Assembly (NCBI GenBank): GCA_965247375.1
Contig: CBDFHU010000025.1
Location: 18,974 to 82,973, forward strand
Direction: 5' to 3'
DNA: 64,000 nt
DNA from: Arsenicibacter sp.
GTDB taxonomy: Bacteria > Bacteroidota > Bacteroidia > Cytophagales > Spirosomataceae
Positions 1 through 9,275 of the stretch are shown here, in pieces (within the stretch, counting starts at the first letter, position 1; every line of letters starts with the position of its first letter). The notes below the pieces were generated by a model. That model saw nothing but the letters and a program-made list of their open reading frames with translations, ran no database searches and was not told where the DNA came from. A program made the position numbers and the translations under genes.

Positions 1-2289
1 TTCGCCCTGTACCCGTACTGTTTCCAGATATTTCGGTACGATCAGGATATCCCCTTCTTCAACAATCATGTCTTCGGCCGATCCAGGATTAGCCAGTGCT
101 TTACCGAGGTTGATGCCGATCGGTTCGGGTGTACCTGCAACCAGCTCAGTCCGCTGAACAGCTGTATTTCGGGCTGCATCGGCCAGTTCATCGATTACCC
201 GCTGGCGCTGTGCCAGCTGTTCGGCTGATTCTTTTACAGGGCGTTGCAGGGTGGCACCTTCCTTGTAGGCATAGGGCGACAAACCACCGGCCTGCTTAAT
301 CAGGTCGGAAATACGGATATCTTTGCGGTCAATCGGATACTGACCTGGCATAATTACTTCTCCTTCTACACGGGCAAAGGTTTGAGCTGCATAGTTTGGC
401 GAACGGCGTACAATGACCTGATCAAACGGATAGAGGAAAAAGCGGCTGTCGTCACTGTCGAGCGTCAGGTCACGGTTAACCTGGAAGCGGAACACATCGG
501 CCAACTGCGCCGTTTTCGACGAAACATCCACATCTTTTTTCCGGCGAACAACCTCCACCTGTGCAGAGGCTGCTGATTCTTTAAGGCCACCTGCCTTCAG
601 AATCAGATCCTCCAGTGTCATATTCGATACGTAGATCACATCACCGGTTGGCTGATTTACTTCGCCCTCAATCGAGATAGTAGCACTTTCAGCCATGCTG
701 AAGCGGGAGGTAATAACCACCTGATCTTCCCGTTTCAGGACAATATCTTCGGCTTTGCCATTGATAATATCGGCCAGGTTCAGGGATATATTCTCTACCG
801 ACAGGTCTTCGCGGGTACGCAGAATCTGGATACGGCCGGTAAACGCATCGCCGCGCAGCCCTTCCGCATTCTGAATCAACGTACGGAGCGTCGGGTTCTG
901 ATCCAGCGAGTAACGTCCCGGACGATAGACCGCCCCTTCGATGTTCACCTGATTCTCAAAGCGGTCCAGCAGCTGTTCGATTGTTACAACATCGCCGTCC
1001 TGTAGCTCAAATTTAGCAAACTGATCGGCCGTAACGTCGATGACCTTGCGTTCGCGGTCGGTCAGACGCGTTACCTTAATGCGGTTTTTATACGCATTTG
1101 CGGCAAAACCACCGGCATAATACAGTATTTTATCCAGTGTTTCGTTGGGCAGAAGCTCGAACAGGTTGTTACGTTTAACCGTACCCGTTACCTCTACGCG
1201 CGACTGGTAAGTGCCGATCCGGATGATATCACCGTCCTGTAACCGTACGTCATTACGTTGAACGCCGTTGAGCAGGTAATCATATAAGTCCAGCGTAACC
1301 AGCACTTTACCGCCACGGATGACGTTGACTTTCCGGTAAGAACCCAGTTCATTCGGGCCACCGGCCTGATAAATGGCATTGGTAGCTGTAGCCAGCGATG
1401 AGACCGGATACGTGCCCGGGCGAATGGCCTCACCAAGGATAGACACCCGGATGCTGCGCAGATCGGCCAGAGTCAGGTCGAGAAATGTATTTGGCCGTGA
1501 ACCATTGTAGCTTTTCAGACCGACAAATTTCTGAGACAGCCGGTCCCGGATACGGATTTTGGCTTGTTCGACCGATAAACCGGCTATCGAGACCGGACCA
1601 AGGCCGGTGAGCTTACCGAGAAACACGGTTCCGTCGGGCGATACAGTCTGGCTGAAATCGGCTTCAGTATAGCCGTACATGAGTATATTCAGCTTATCGC
1701 CGGGGCCCAGCACATAGTTCTGCGGCGTCGCCACATTGATATTTGGCTGAAAAGCAGAGGCCAGGTCCGGGTTGTTGAAAACGGAGCTGCCGAACAGCTT
1801 CCGGCGGATTTCCAGTTTTTCGCGGGTCCGGGCGGCTTCGTAGCCTTCCTCGATTACTTCTTCGTTACTTTTCTGAACCTGTTTCTCATCGATTTCGTCT
1901 GCTTTGTCCGTAGACTGTAGTGTACCGTTTCCATTCTGGGTCTGGCCGTTCTGCGTACTTTGTCCGGTAGCCGAACGCCCCTGCTGGTTAGGTTGGTTCA
2001 CCCCGCCGGTACGTCCTTGCTGGGATTGGGTAGCGCCCGGCTGCCCTTTTCCTTGCTGGGATGTTCCCGGCTGAGTACTGCCGGGTATCGATGTACCGGC
2101 AGGGGTAGTGCCGCCCGGCAAACCACCGGGAATGGCAACCGGCCCGGGCGTCACCTGGGCGTTTGTGAATGAAACAGGGATCAGTGCGGCTGCCAGCAGC
2201 AGGGCGCAGGCTGATTTAAGGCTTCGTTTAAACAATTGCTTCGTACTTGTTTTTACCTCGGAGAAGTGAAGACACCGAAAATTTTGCAT
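1..2289 (-). CDS. SLBB-domain polysaccharide export protein (KpsD/Wza-like), 3' end runs off the window
   Basis: Manual translation of the minus strand from ATG at 2289 (absent from the ORF track because it has no stop in the window). Signal peptide, Q/G/T-rich linker, then ATPQNYVLGPGDKLNI (Poly_export) and repeated SLBB-type motifs ending ...ETVRVQGE at the window edge. Confidence 0.88.
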   Translation of the reverse strand, partial: MQNFRCLHFSEVKTSTKQLFKRSLKSACALLLAAALIPVSFTNAQVTPGPVAIPGGLPGGTTPAGTSIPGSTQPGTSQQGKGQPGATQSQQGRTGGVNQPNQQGRSATGQSTQNGQTQNGNGTLQSTDKADEIDEKQVQKSNEEVIEEGYEAARTREKLEIRRKLFGSSVFNNPDLASAFQPNINVATPQNYVLGPGDKLNILMYGYTEADFSQTVSPDGTVFLGKLTGLGPVSIAGLSVEQAKIRIRDRLSQKFVGLKSYNGSRPNTFLDLTLADLRSIRVSILGEAIRPGTYPVSSLATATNAIYQAGGPNELGSYRKVNVIRGGKVLVTLDLYDYLLNGVQRNDVRLQDGDIIRIGTYQSRVEVTGTVKRNNLFELLPNETLDKILYYAGGFAANAYKNRIKVTRLTDRERKVIDVTADQFAKFELQDGDVVTIEQLLDRFENQVNIEGAVYRPGRYSLDQNPTLRTLIQNAEGLRGDAFTGRIQILRTREDLSVENISLNLADIINGKAEDIVLKREDQVVITSRFSMAESATISIEGEVNQPTGDVIYVSNMTLEDLILKAGGLKESAASAQVEVVRRKKDVDVSSKTAQLADVFRFQVNRDLTLDSDDSRFFLYPFDQVIVRRSPNYAAQTFARVEGEVIMPGQYPIDRKDIRISDLIKQAGGLSPYAYKEGATLQRPVKESAEQLAQRQRVIDELADAARNTAVQRTELVAGTPEPIGINLGKALANPGSAEDMIVEEGDILIVPKYLETVRVQGE

Positions 2290-2552
2290 ATTTTTTAGGT
2301 GTATGACTAACATTAGGGGGCTTTATTGGACCTTTTAACCCTTACGTTGTAAGAATTGTTTTTATTACTTAAACGGGATTTGCTGGCAAAGTAAGCGAAC
2401 TTTTATCTTATTTTAAATACATTTCTATTTCACGGCGGAATTTCGTATCTTGCCTCTTAGAGTAAACACATAAAATAAATTTTGGATTTATTGAGGAACG
2501 GTTACTTTGGTATCCATTACCGGAGGACTGTGCCTTTTAGTTACGATCTTAC

Positions 2553-4442
2553 ATGGCAGATTTAACAAAGACGGTTCAGTACGATGAAGATAGTATCCGG
2601 TCGCTGGATTGGCGGGAGCACATCCGCCTCCGGCCGGGGATGTACATTGGCAAACTGGGTGATGGATCAGCCGCCGACGATGGCATTTACGTATTGCTGA
2701 AAGAAGTGGTCGATAACTGCATTGACGAACACGTCATGGGGTTTGGGAAAACCATTGACATTAAGGTATCCGATCACCGGGTGGAGATCCGGGACTATGG
2801 CCGGGGTATTCCGCTGGGCAAGGTGGTTGAAGTTGTTTCAAAAATCAATACCGGCGGTAAGTATGACTCCGGGGCATTCCAGAAATCCGTGGGCCTCAAC
2901 GGAGTAGGTACAAAAGCTGTTAACGCCCTGTCAAATTATTTTAAGGTACAGTCGTTTCGTGAAGGTAAAAGTGTCTGGGCGGAGTTTGAACGGGGTATCC
3001 TGAAAAACCAGGGAGAACTGGCCACCAGCGAGCGTAATGGTACACTGGTCTGTTTTGAGCCCGATGACTCGGTGTTTAAAAATTACCATTACATCCCGCA
3101 GTATCTGGAAAATATGATCTGGAATTACTGCTATCTGAATGCCGGACTCGTCATTTCATTTAATCGCCAGAAGTACGTTTCGCAGAACGGTCTGCTTGAT
3201 CTCTTACAGAACAAGACCAATGCCGAAACACTGCGTTACCCGATTATTCACCTGAAAGGACATGATCTGGAGATTGCCATGACCCACGGCAACCAGTATG
3301 GCGAAGAATATTACTCGTTCGTGAACGGTCAGTATACCACGCAGGGTGGTACACACCTCCAGGCGCTGCGGGAAGCCGTTGTTGAAACCATCCGGAAACA
3401 CTTCGATAAAAATTATGAAGTGGCCGATATCCGGGCCTCGATTATTGCTGCCATCAGTATCCGGGTGCAGGAACCGGTGTTTGAGTCTCAGACCAAAACC
3501 AAGCTCGGCTCAATCGCCATGGCGCCGGAACCGAACGCCACGACGGTCAACTCGTTTGTAAAAGATTTTGTACGCGGTACGCTGGATAACTTTCTGCACA
3601 TGAACCCTGCCGTACGGGATGCGCTGAAAAAACGGATTGAACAATCGGAACGCGAACGCAAAGAACTCGCCGGAATCAAGAAGCTTGCCAACGACCGGGC
3701 AAAAAAAGCAAACCTGCATAATAAAAAGCTGCGCGACTGCCGGATTCACCTTCCTGATCCGAAGGCAGAAGACCGCTATCAGACGACGTTGTTCATTACT
3801 GAAGGTGATTCGGCCAGCGGATCAATCACCAAGTCACGGAATGTACAGACACAGGCGGTATTCAGTCTGCGCGGAAAACCACTCAACTGCTTTGGCCTGA
3901 CCAAAAAAGTGGTTTATGAAAACGAAGAGTTTAACCTCCTGCAACACGCCCTTGACATTGAGGACGGCCTTGATTCGCTGCGTTATAACCGGATCGTTAT
4001 AGCCACCGATGCCGACGTAGACGGCATGCATATCCGGTTGCTGATGCTGACGTTCTTCCTTCAGTTCTTCCCGGATCTGGTGCGTAACGGACACCTGTAT
4101 ATCCTGGAGACACCGCTTTTCCGGGTACGTAATCCGAAAAACCATAAGGAAACAACGTATTGCTATTCAGAGGAAGAAAAACAGATTGCGGGTGCAAAAC
4201 TGTCGAAAGGTGGTAAGAAGATCGAAATAACCCGGTTTAAGGGCTTAGGCGAAATTTCTCCGGATGAATTCGGCCTCTTTATCGGTGAAAATATGCGCCT
4301 GGAACCGGTGATTATTGAACAGGAAATCTCTATTCCGAAGCTACTTGGCTATTACATGGGCAAGAACACCCCTGACCGGCAGCGGTTTATCATTGATAAC
4401 CTGAGGGTAGAAAAGGATATTGAAGAAGCCGCCCTGGTATAA
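2553..4442 (+). CDS. parE: DNA topoisomerase IV subunit B (Bacteroidota type)
   Basis: [34 protein letters not shown] (GHKL ATPase); TEGDSA, LRGKPLN and IATDADVDG (TOPRIM); RFKGLGEI. 629 aa, shorter than GyrB. Confidence 0.9.
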   Translation: MADLTKTVQYDEDSIRSLDWREHIRLRPGMYIGKLGDGSAADDGIYVLLKEVVDNCIDEHVMGFGKTIDIKVSDHRVEIRDYGRGIPLGKVVEVVSKINTGGKYDSGAFQKSVGLNGVGTKAVNALSNYFKVQSFREGKSVWAEFERGILKNQGELATSERNGTLVCFEPDDSVFKNYHYIPQYLENMIWNYCYLNAGLVISFNRQKYVSQNGLLDLLQNKTNAETLRYPIIHLKGHDLEIAMTHGNQYGEEYYSFVNGQYTTQGGTHLQALREAVVETIRKHFDKNYEVADIRASIIAAISIRVQEPVFESQTKTKLGSIAMAPEPNATTVNSFVKDFVRGTLDNFLHMNPAVRDALKKRIEQSERERKELAGIKKLANDRAKKANLHNKKLRDCRIHLPDPKAEDRYQTTLFITEGDSASGSITKSRNVQTQAVFSLRGKPLNCFGLTKKVVYENEEFNLLQHALDIEDGLDSLRYNRIVIATDADVDGMHIRLLMLTFFLQFFPDLVRNGHLYILETPLFRVRNPKNHKETTYCYSEEEKQIAGAKLSKGGKKIEITRFKGLGEISPDEFGLFIGENMRLEPVIIEQEISIPKLLGYYMGKNTPDRQRFIIDNLRVEKDIEEAALV

Positions 4443-4480
4443 ACAAAAAAGACCTGAGAAATCAGGTCTTTTTTGTTTAT
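4439..4480. terminator. Bidirectional intrinsic terminator
   Basis: ATAAACAAAAAAGACCTGA-GAAA-TCAGGTCTTTTTTGTTTAT, a 19-bp perfect stem between convergent genes. Confidence 0.9.
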
Positions 4481-4555
4481 ACCGCCATTGATTTGCAATG
4501 GCGGCAATGAAATATTCCGGAACAGTATGCCTTTATCAGGTGTCCGGGAATCCGT

Positions 4556-5644
4556 TTACTGTGGCATCAGTACACGGTCAATGATGTGGACAACACCATT
4601 CGTAGTGACCTGATCAGCCGAAGTAACATTTGCGGCATTGGTACCGTTTCCTTTGCCAAGGATAGTGACTTTACCGCCGCTCACATTTGTCCGGATGCTT
4701 GTACCCTGTGCCGTTACGAGGTCAGCACCGTTCTGGAAAGTGCTGGAGAACGCGCGGTAAGTCAGCACGTGGTAGTTCAGCAGATTAGCCAGTGTCTGGG
4801 CGTTAGCGGCCCGTACGGCTGCTTCATCAGCATAACCTGCAGCCTTGAAGGCGGCGTTAGTCGGTGCAAAGACTGTAATACCATTCTGGGCATTTGCTGC
4901 CAGGCTGTTTTGTACAGTAGTACCCGCCCGTTCGATCGCCGCGGCAAAGAATGACAGGTCAGCGTTACCTTTCGCAAAATCAAGAACCGTGACTGTCGGT
5001 GGCATCAGCACCTTGTCAATAATATGGATAACCCCGTTCGTGGCGGCAATATTTACCTGCGTGACGGTTGCATTATTTACACGGATTACGTTATCCTGCG
5101 TTTTGAAGACCGATACCCGTCCGTCCGACAAGGTCGTCTGATACGACGTATTTACCGCTGTCGGGAAAGCTGCCTGATCAATCTGCGAACCCAGCACGTG
5201 GTACTGAAGAATACGTTTCAGGTCGGCAGCGTTTGCCGCGCTGACAGCTGCTGCACTGGCATAACCGGCCGCTTTAAACGCATCATCAGAAGGGGCAAAA
5301 ATCGTCAGCGAACCTGAGCGAAGATCCTGTTCAAGACCGGCACGGGTGATGGCCGCTGATAAGAACGTCAGATTGCCTGCATTTTTGATATAGTCAGTGC
5401 CCGGTACTACGGTTGAATTTCCGGGAGACGACGTCGTCGATCCGGGAGGGTTGGTTACTGTGCCTGAACCCGGCGTCGTTGTGGTAGAACCCGGCGGGGA
5501 CGTTGTTGAGCCCGGAGGCGTAGTGCCGCCCGGTGTTTGCGGGTCCGGATCCGTTCCGTTACAGCCTACGAAGGCAGGCGCTGAAAATAGCATGGTTGCG
5601 GCAATGAGGTACGACCAGCCGTACCGTTTCATGTTGTTGTTCAT
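4556..5644 (-). CDS. Fasciclin (FAS1 x2) lipoprotein with Pro/Thr/Ser/Gly-rich linker
   Basis: Lipobox FVG-C. Two FAS1 domains (TIFAPSDDAF...LQYHVL...NGVIHIIDKVL and TVFAPTNAAF...LNYHVL...NGVVHIIDRVL). Confidence 0.92.
   Translation of the reverse strand: MNNNMKRYGWSYLIAATMLFSAPAFVGCNGTDPDPQTPGGTTPPGSTTSPPGSTTTTPGSGTVTNPPGSTTSSPGNSTVVPGTDYIKNAGNLTFLSAAITRAGLEQDLRSGSLTIFAPSDDAFKAAGYASAAAVSAANAADLKRILQYHVLGSQIDQAAFPTAVNTSYQTTLSDGRVSVFKTQDNVIRVNNATVTQVNIAATNGVIHIIDKVLMPPTVTVLDFAKGNADLSFFAAAIERAGTTVQNSLAANAQNGITVFAPTNAAFKAAGYADEAAVRAANAQTLANLLNYHVLTYRAFSSTFQNGADLVTAQGTSIRTNVSGGKVTILGKGNGTNAANVTSADQVTTNGVVHIIDRVLMPQ
5400..5533 (-). repeat. About 6 degenerate 7-aa (21-nt) coding repeats, (S/N)TTxxPG
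   Basis: GGTTPPG STTSPPG STTTTPG SGTVTNPPG STTSSPG NSTVVPG in the translation. Confidence 0.8.
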
Positions 5645-5858
5645 ACGTTGAGATTATAGATAAGTGAACTATAAACCCGTCCGGCGGATACCATTATTGG
5701 CCCAGCGTAGGGTAACATCGTAATTAGAACGGGGAGTGTTTAAAAGTTGTTTGCGTTTTTTTTCCTGCGGGAACACAACATTGGTTGGTAATGTGATTAA
5801 AAATGGGGTAAGCAGAAGGAAAAATGTCCCTTTAGCGATAGTATAAAGGCATAAGGTG

Positions 5859-5866
5859 TAAATTTG
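5859..5866 (+). promoter_or_regulatory. Bacteroidota sigma70 -7 element for pheA
   Basis: TAAATTTG matches TAnnTTTG, 26 nt before the TTG start. Confidence 0.65.
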
Positions 5867-5892
5867 CACCCATTGACTGACCTCTTACTGAT

Positions 5893-6969
5893 TTGTTGAC
5901 ACTAGACTCTCTCCGAAACGCTATTGACGCCATTGACGATCAAATGCTGACCCTGCTGAACGAACGCATGGAACTGGTTCGTCATGTGGGTGAACTGAAG
6001 CGTTCAACGAATGCTGTGATCTACCGGCCGGAACGCGAAAAGCAGATTATTGACCGGTTAGAACAGCAGACTAAAGGATTAATGACCCGCGCCGCGATTG
6101 AGGCAGTATTTCTGGAAATTTTTGCCGTTTCCCGTAACCTTGAACTCCCTGAACACGTGGCTTTTCTGGGACCGGACGGAAGTTTTACACACCAGGCTGC
6201 CGAAAGCCGGTTCGGGGCCATGAGCGCCTACATGGCGTTGCCAACCATCCGTTCGGTGTTTGAAAGCGTCGAGACCGGCCGGGCACGGTTTGGGGTGGTA
6301 CCCATCGAAAATAATCAGGAAGGGGTTGTATTTGAGACCATTGACCTGCTCAATGAAAAAGACCTGATGATTGCGGCTGAAGCCGAAATTCCGGTGCATT
6401 TCACGTTTGCTACACAGGCCGAAAACCTGGCCGACATTACGCATATTTATTCCAAAGACATTGCGTTCCGTCAGTGCAGTAAATTCCTGAACGATTCGTT
6501 TGACGGGTTGAAGGCTGAACTGGTACCGGTAGAGTCTACGTCGAAAGCCGCAAAACTAGCCGCTCAGCAGCCTAACGCGGCGGCGATCTGTTCAACCATT
6601 GCGGCCAAGTTATTCGGCGTGCCGGTCTTATTCGATAATATTGAGGACAGTGACCTGAACCGGACACGTTTCCTGATTCTGGCGAAGGACTTTAAGAACC
6701 AGCCTAGCGGACAGGATAAAACCACACTGATAGCGCGGCTGCCGAATACGGAGTCGCCCGGGGTATTGGCTGAGTTTTTGCAGGAGTTCAATGCCCGCCG
6801 CATTAACCTGACTAAAATTGAGAGCCGGCCCATGCGCGGAGGTGCATCATTTATCTACTGGTTCCTGCTGGAATGCGAAGGCCATGCCGATGAGCCTCGT
6901 CTCCAGGAAATTCTGAACCACCATTCAGCCGACGTCAAATGGGTCGGCAGTTATGTGCGGGTATCGTAA
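5893..6969 (+). CDS. pheA: Chorismate mutase / prephenate dehydratase (P-protein)
   Basis: LRNAIDAIDDQMLTLLNERM (CM); FLGPDGSFTHQAA, VPIEN and NRTRFL (PDT); ACT domain NLTKIESRP. TTG start. Confidence 0.93.
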   Translation: MLTLDSLRNAIDAIDDQMLTLLNERMELVRHVGELKRSTNAVIYRPEREKQIIDRLEQQTKGLMTRAAIEAVFLEIFAVSRNLELPEHVAFLGPDGSFTHQAAESRFGAMSAYMALPTIRSVFESVETGRARFGVVPIENNQEGVVFETIDLLNEKDLMIAAEAEIPVHFTFATQAENLADITHIYSKDIAFRQCSKFLNDSFDGLKAELVPVESTSKAAKLAAQQPNAAAICSTIAAKLFGVPVLFDNIEDSDLNRTRFLILAKDFKNQPSGQDKTTLIARLPNTESPGVLAEFLQEFNARRINLTKIESRPMRGGASFIYWFLLECEGHADEPRLQEILNHHSADVKWVGSYVRVS

Positions 6970-6979
6970 TTCTAAATAT

Positions 6980-7007
6980 GTAGAGACAAGGCATGCCCTG
7001 TCTCTAC
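6980..7007. repeat. GTAG-type REP palindrome
   Basis: GTAGAGACAAGGCATGCCCTGTCTCTAC, a GTAG-initiated near-perfect palindrome between convergent genes. Confidence 0.8.
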
Positions 7008-7019
7008 AACTAATATCGC

Positions 7020-7541
7020 CTACCTTGCCGGTGGATGATCTGATTGTCCATCTGCTATTGACCGGTTCTCCAGAAACCGACGGATCTCGTCAGGACGTTT
7101 GGTACCGATAAGAATACGGGCACCGCTTTTTTTGACCAGTTGCAGCCCCCACGTCCCGTCCATTGAATAAACCCAGCCACCCGGACCCTGCCGGGTGCCG
7201 CCTATGCCTTGCGGGTATTCGCCGATGAGGGTGAACTCCCGTACATAGACATCCTGAATTTCCTTCCAGGGATACACCATCCAGCTAGCCCACGGAAAAT
7301 ACCGGAACCGAACGTCCTTGTGGTCCATCCTGGTTTCAAATTTTTTGAACAATACCAGGTATATAAAGACGCACTTACCTATAAAAAAAGCAATCAAAGC
7401 AGCCTGGACAAACCAGACCGTATCGATGAAAAGGCTTATGTCAGCAAAATGAAAGAAAATGAATGGATAAGCGACCAAAAGCGGTACTGGTATCCATCTA
7501 TATTTATTTTGCTGTATTTCAATGAAGGTATGATCTTTCAT
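7020..7541 (-). CDS. Two-TM membrane protein with PH-like C-terminal domain (DUF6141-like)
   Basis: Two hydrophobic segments, then VRFRYFPW...YVREF...WGLQLVKKSGARILIGTKRP. Operonic spacing after the deacetylase. Confidence 0.6.
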   Translation of the reverse strand: MKDHTFIEIQQNKYRWIPVPLLVAYPFIFFHFADISLFIDTVWFVQAALIAFFIGKCVFIYLVLFKKFETRMDHKDVRFRYFPWASWMVYPWKEIQDVYVREFTLIGEYPQGIGGTRQGPGGWVYSMDGTWGLQLVKKSGARILIGTKRPDEIRRFLENRSIADGQSDHPPAR

Positions 7542-7568
7542 GGAGGGAATATAATCTCCCCGGAGACA

Positions 7569-8420
7569 TTACCCAAATGATTTTTTAGGAACGGTGTTCC
7601 AGTCAATCCGGCGGTCGGCTTCGGCCAGATCAATGAATTCAAAGTTTTTAAGCAGCCGGTGCAGCTTCGGCCAGCAACCCTTCAGCCCGTAGTACGATTT
7701 GAACCGGCGGGCCATGCCCAGATCCTCAATGACCGGTTGCGTATGGTCAAAATCGCGCGGATGGAAATAGGTCATCACATACGACGATTTCTGCGTGAAC
7801 CGGTGGATAACCGGATAGGGAAGTAACCGGAAATAGCCACCGCCAGAGAAAATGACATCCTGCCCGGCAATGCTTACCGTATTGATCGGAAACTCCTTAA
7901 GCGGTGCACCGTTGATGTCAATCAGACTTGGTGCGGTTATGCCGAATGCCGCGTCGCCGCCATGTGACCGCCGCGCTGAAAACACTGAGCAATCCATGGT
8001 AATACCATTTTCGAGCAGGATCGGGAATACCCAGCGGTTCAGGAATTTGATCGAAAAGCCAGGTGCACGGTATGCCCGCACGGTTTTCCCCGTTACATCC
8101 TGCAACGACTTTATCGACCGTTGCAGGTCTTCCGTAAATTCAGCGGGCGTCTGCTCGTAAGCCAGCTGATGGGCATAGGAGTGGGTAGCCACTTCATAGC
8201 CCTCTTCATCGATTCGTTTAATTACGTCAGGATATTTTTCGGCAACCCAACCCAGGCAGAAGAATGTCGCCCGTGAGTTGGTTTCATCAAGCAGCTGGAA
8301 AATCAGGTCCATATTCCGGTGAATCCGCGACTCATACCGGCTCCATTCAGCTTCGGTACGGGTTGAGGCATTGTCCAGAATGTGAAACCACTCTTCGATA
8401 TCAAACGTCAGGATATTCAT
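7569..8420 (-). CDS. Polysaccharide deacetylase family protein (NodB-type, DUF3473 C-terminus)
   Basis: LTFDIEEWFH, ATFFCLGW, HSYAH, YRAPGFS, GGGYFRLLP, YFHPRDFD. Confidence 0.9.
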   Translation of the reverse strand: MNILTFDIEEWFHILDNASTRTEAEWSRYESRIHRNMDLIFQLLDETNSRATFFCLGWVAEKYPDVIKRIDEEGYEVATHSYAHQLAYEQTPAEFTEDLQRSIKSLQDVTGKTVRAYRAPGFSIKFLNRWVFPILLENGITMDCSVFSARRSHGGDAAFGITAPSLIDINGAPLKEFPINTVSIAGQDVIFSGGGYFRLLPYPVIHRFTQKSSYVMTYFHPRDFDHTQPVIEDLGMARRFKSYYGLKGCWPKLHRLLKNFEFIDLAEADRRIDWNTVPKKSFG

Positions 8421-8471
8421 GTGTAGGAATTTGCACCGGACAGAATGGCTGTCTGATCCGGTGACGGAGCA

Positions 8472-9251
8472 TTAATAGAATTTTTTACCGGCGGCCTTAA
8501 ACGCCTGCACATCTTCCTTCGTCGGGAAGGTGAAGTACGTCATCTGTGAAGCATCATTTTCCTGAAGCTGATAATTGCCGGAATGAATTTTATCGATTGC
8601 TTCCAGAATGGCATCCATACCCATTTTTTTGGTCACGTGAATCAGCTCTTCCTGCGACATATTCCCGATTTCGACCGGATTCTGTACCAGAATCGGACCG
8701 CTGTCAATGCCTTCGTCGACAAAGAAAACGGATACGCCGGTGCGTTTTTCGTTGTGGCGTAATACCCAGAACGAGGGCATCAACCCCCGGTATTTCGGCA
8801 GGAGGGCCGTATGCAGGTTGATACAGCCGTGCGTGGCGGTATCCAGCAGTTTTTGCCGGAAAATCTGATTTCCGGCAATCGACACCAGCAGGTCAGGCTG
8901 ATAGGCTTTGATTTTGGCCAGATTTTCGTCTTTGTTGATATTCCCTTCTATCTGAATCAGCGGGATTTTAAAGCCTTCCAGCACCTTGCGGACATTGTTG
9001 CGCGGGTCGAGCTTTGACTTGACAAATTTTACGCCATACCGGATAAAGAAGGGCAGCCCGAAAATGTCGAGCGTCTTTTTCATCTTATCCGAAAAACTTT
9101 CCCGTTTTCCGAACGGCGACACATCGAAGACAACCGTAGCCACAACCTCTGCATATGGAGGCAGGTGCTTCACGAGGTAATCAATGTTGCGGGCCAGGTA
9201 AAACGGATCGTCCTGGGTTAGGAATACAAGGCGCATTTTTTTGTCGTTCAT
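8472..9251 (-). CDS. Sugar-nucleotide N-formyltransferase (formyl_trans_N domain)
   Basis: INLHTALLPKYRG...GVSVFFVDEGIDSGPIL. Lacks the C-terminal domain of Fmt and sits in a polysaccharide locus. Confidence 0.85.
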   Translation of the reverse strand: MNDKKMRLVFLTQDDPFYLARNIDYLVKHLPPYAEVVATVVFDVSPFGKRESFSDKMKKTLDIFGLPFFIRYGVKFVKSKLDPRNNVRKVLEGFKIPLIQIEGNINKDENLAKIKAYQPDLLVSIAGNQIFRQKLLDTATHGCINLHTALLPKYRGLMPSFWVLRHNEKRTGVSVFFVDEGIDSGPILVQNPVEIGNMSQEELIHVTKKMGMDAILEAIDKIHSGNYQLQENDASQMTYFTFPTKEDVQAFKAAGKKFY

Positions 9252-9275
9252 AGTTTCAGGTACTATTGATAGATA

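Noticed and set aside
2553-4442. Calling this gene gyrB
   Set aside because: Length, N-terminal motif ([19 protein letters not shown]) and C-terminus ([15 protein letters not shown]) fit Bacteroidota ParE. parC is simply not adjacent.
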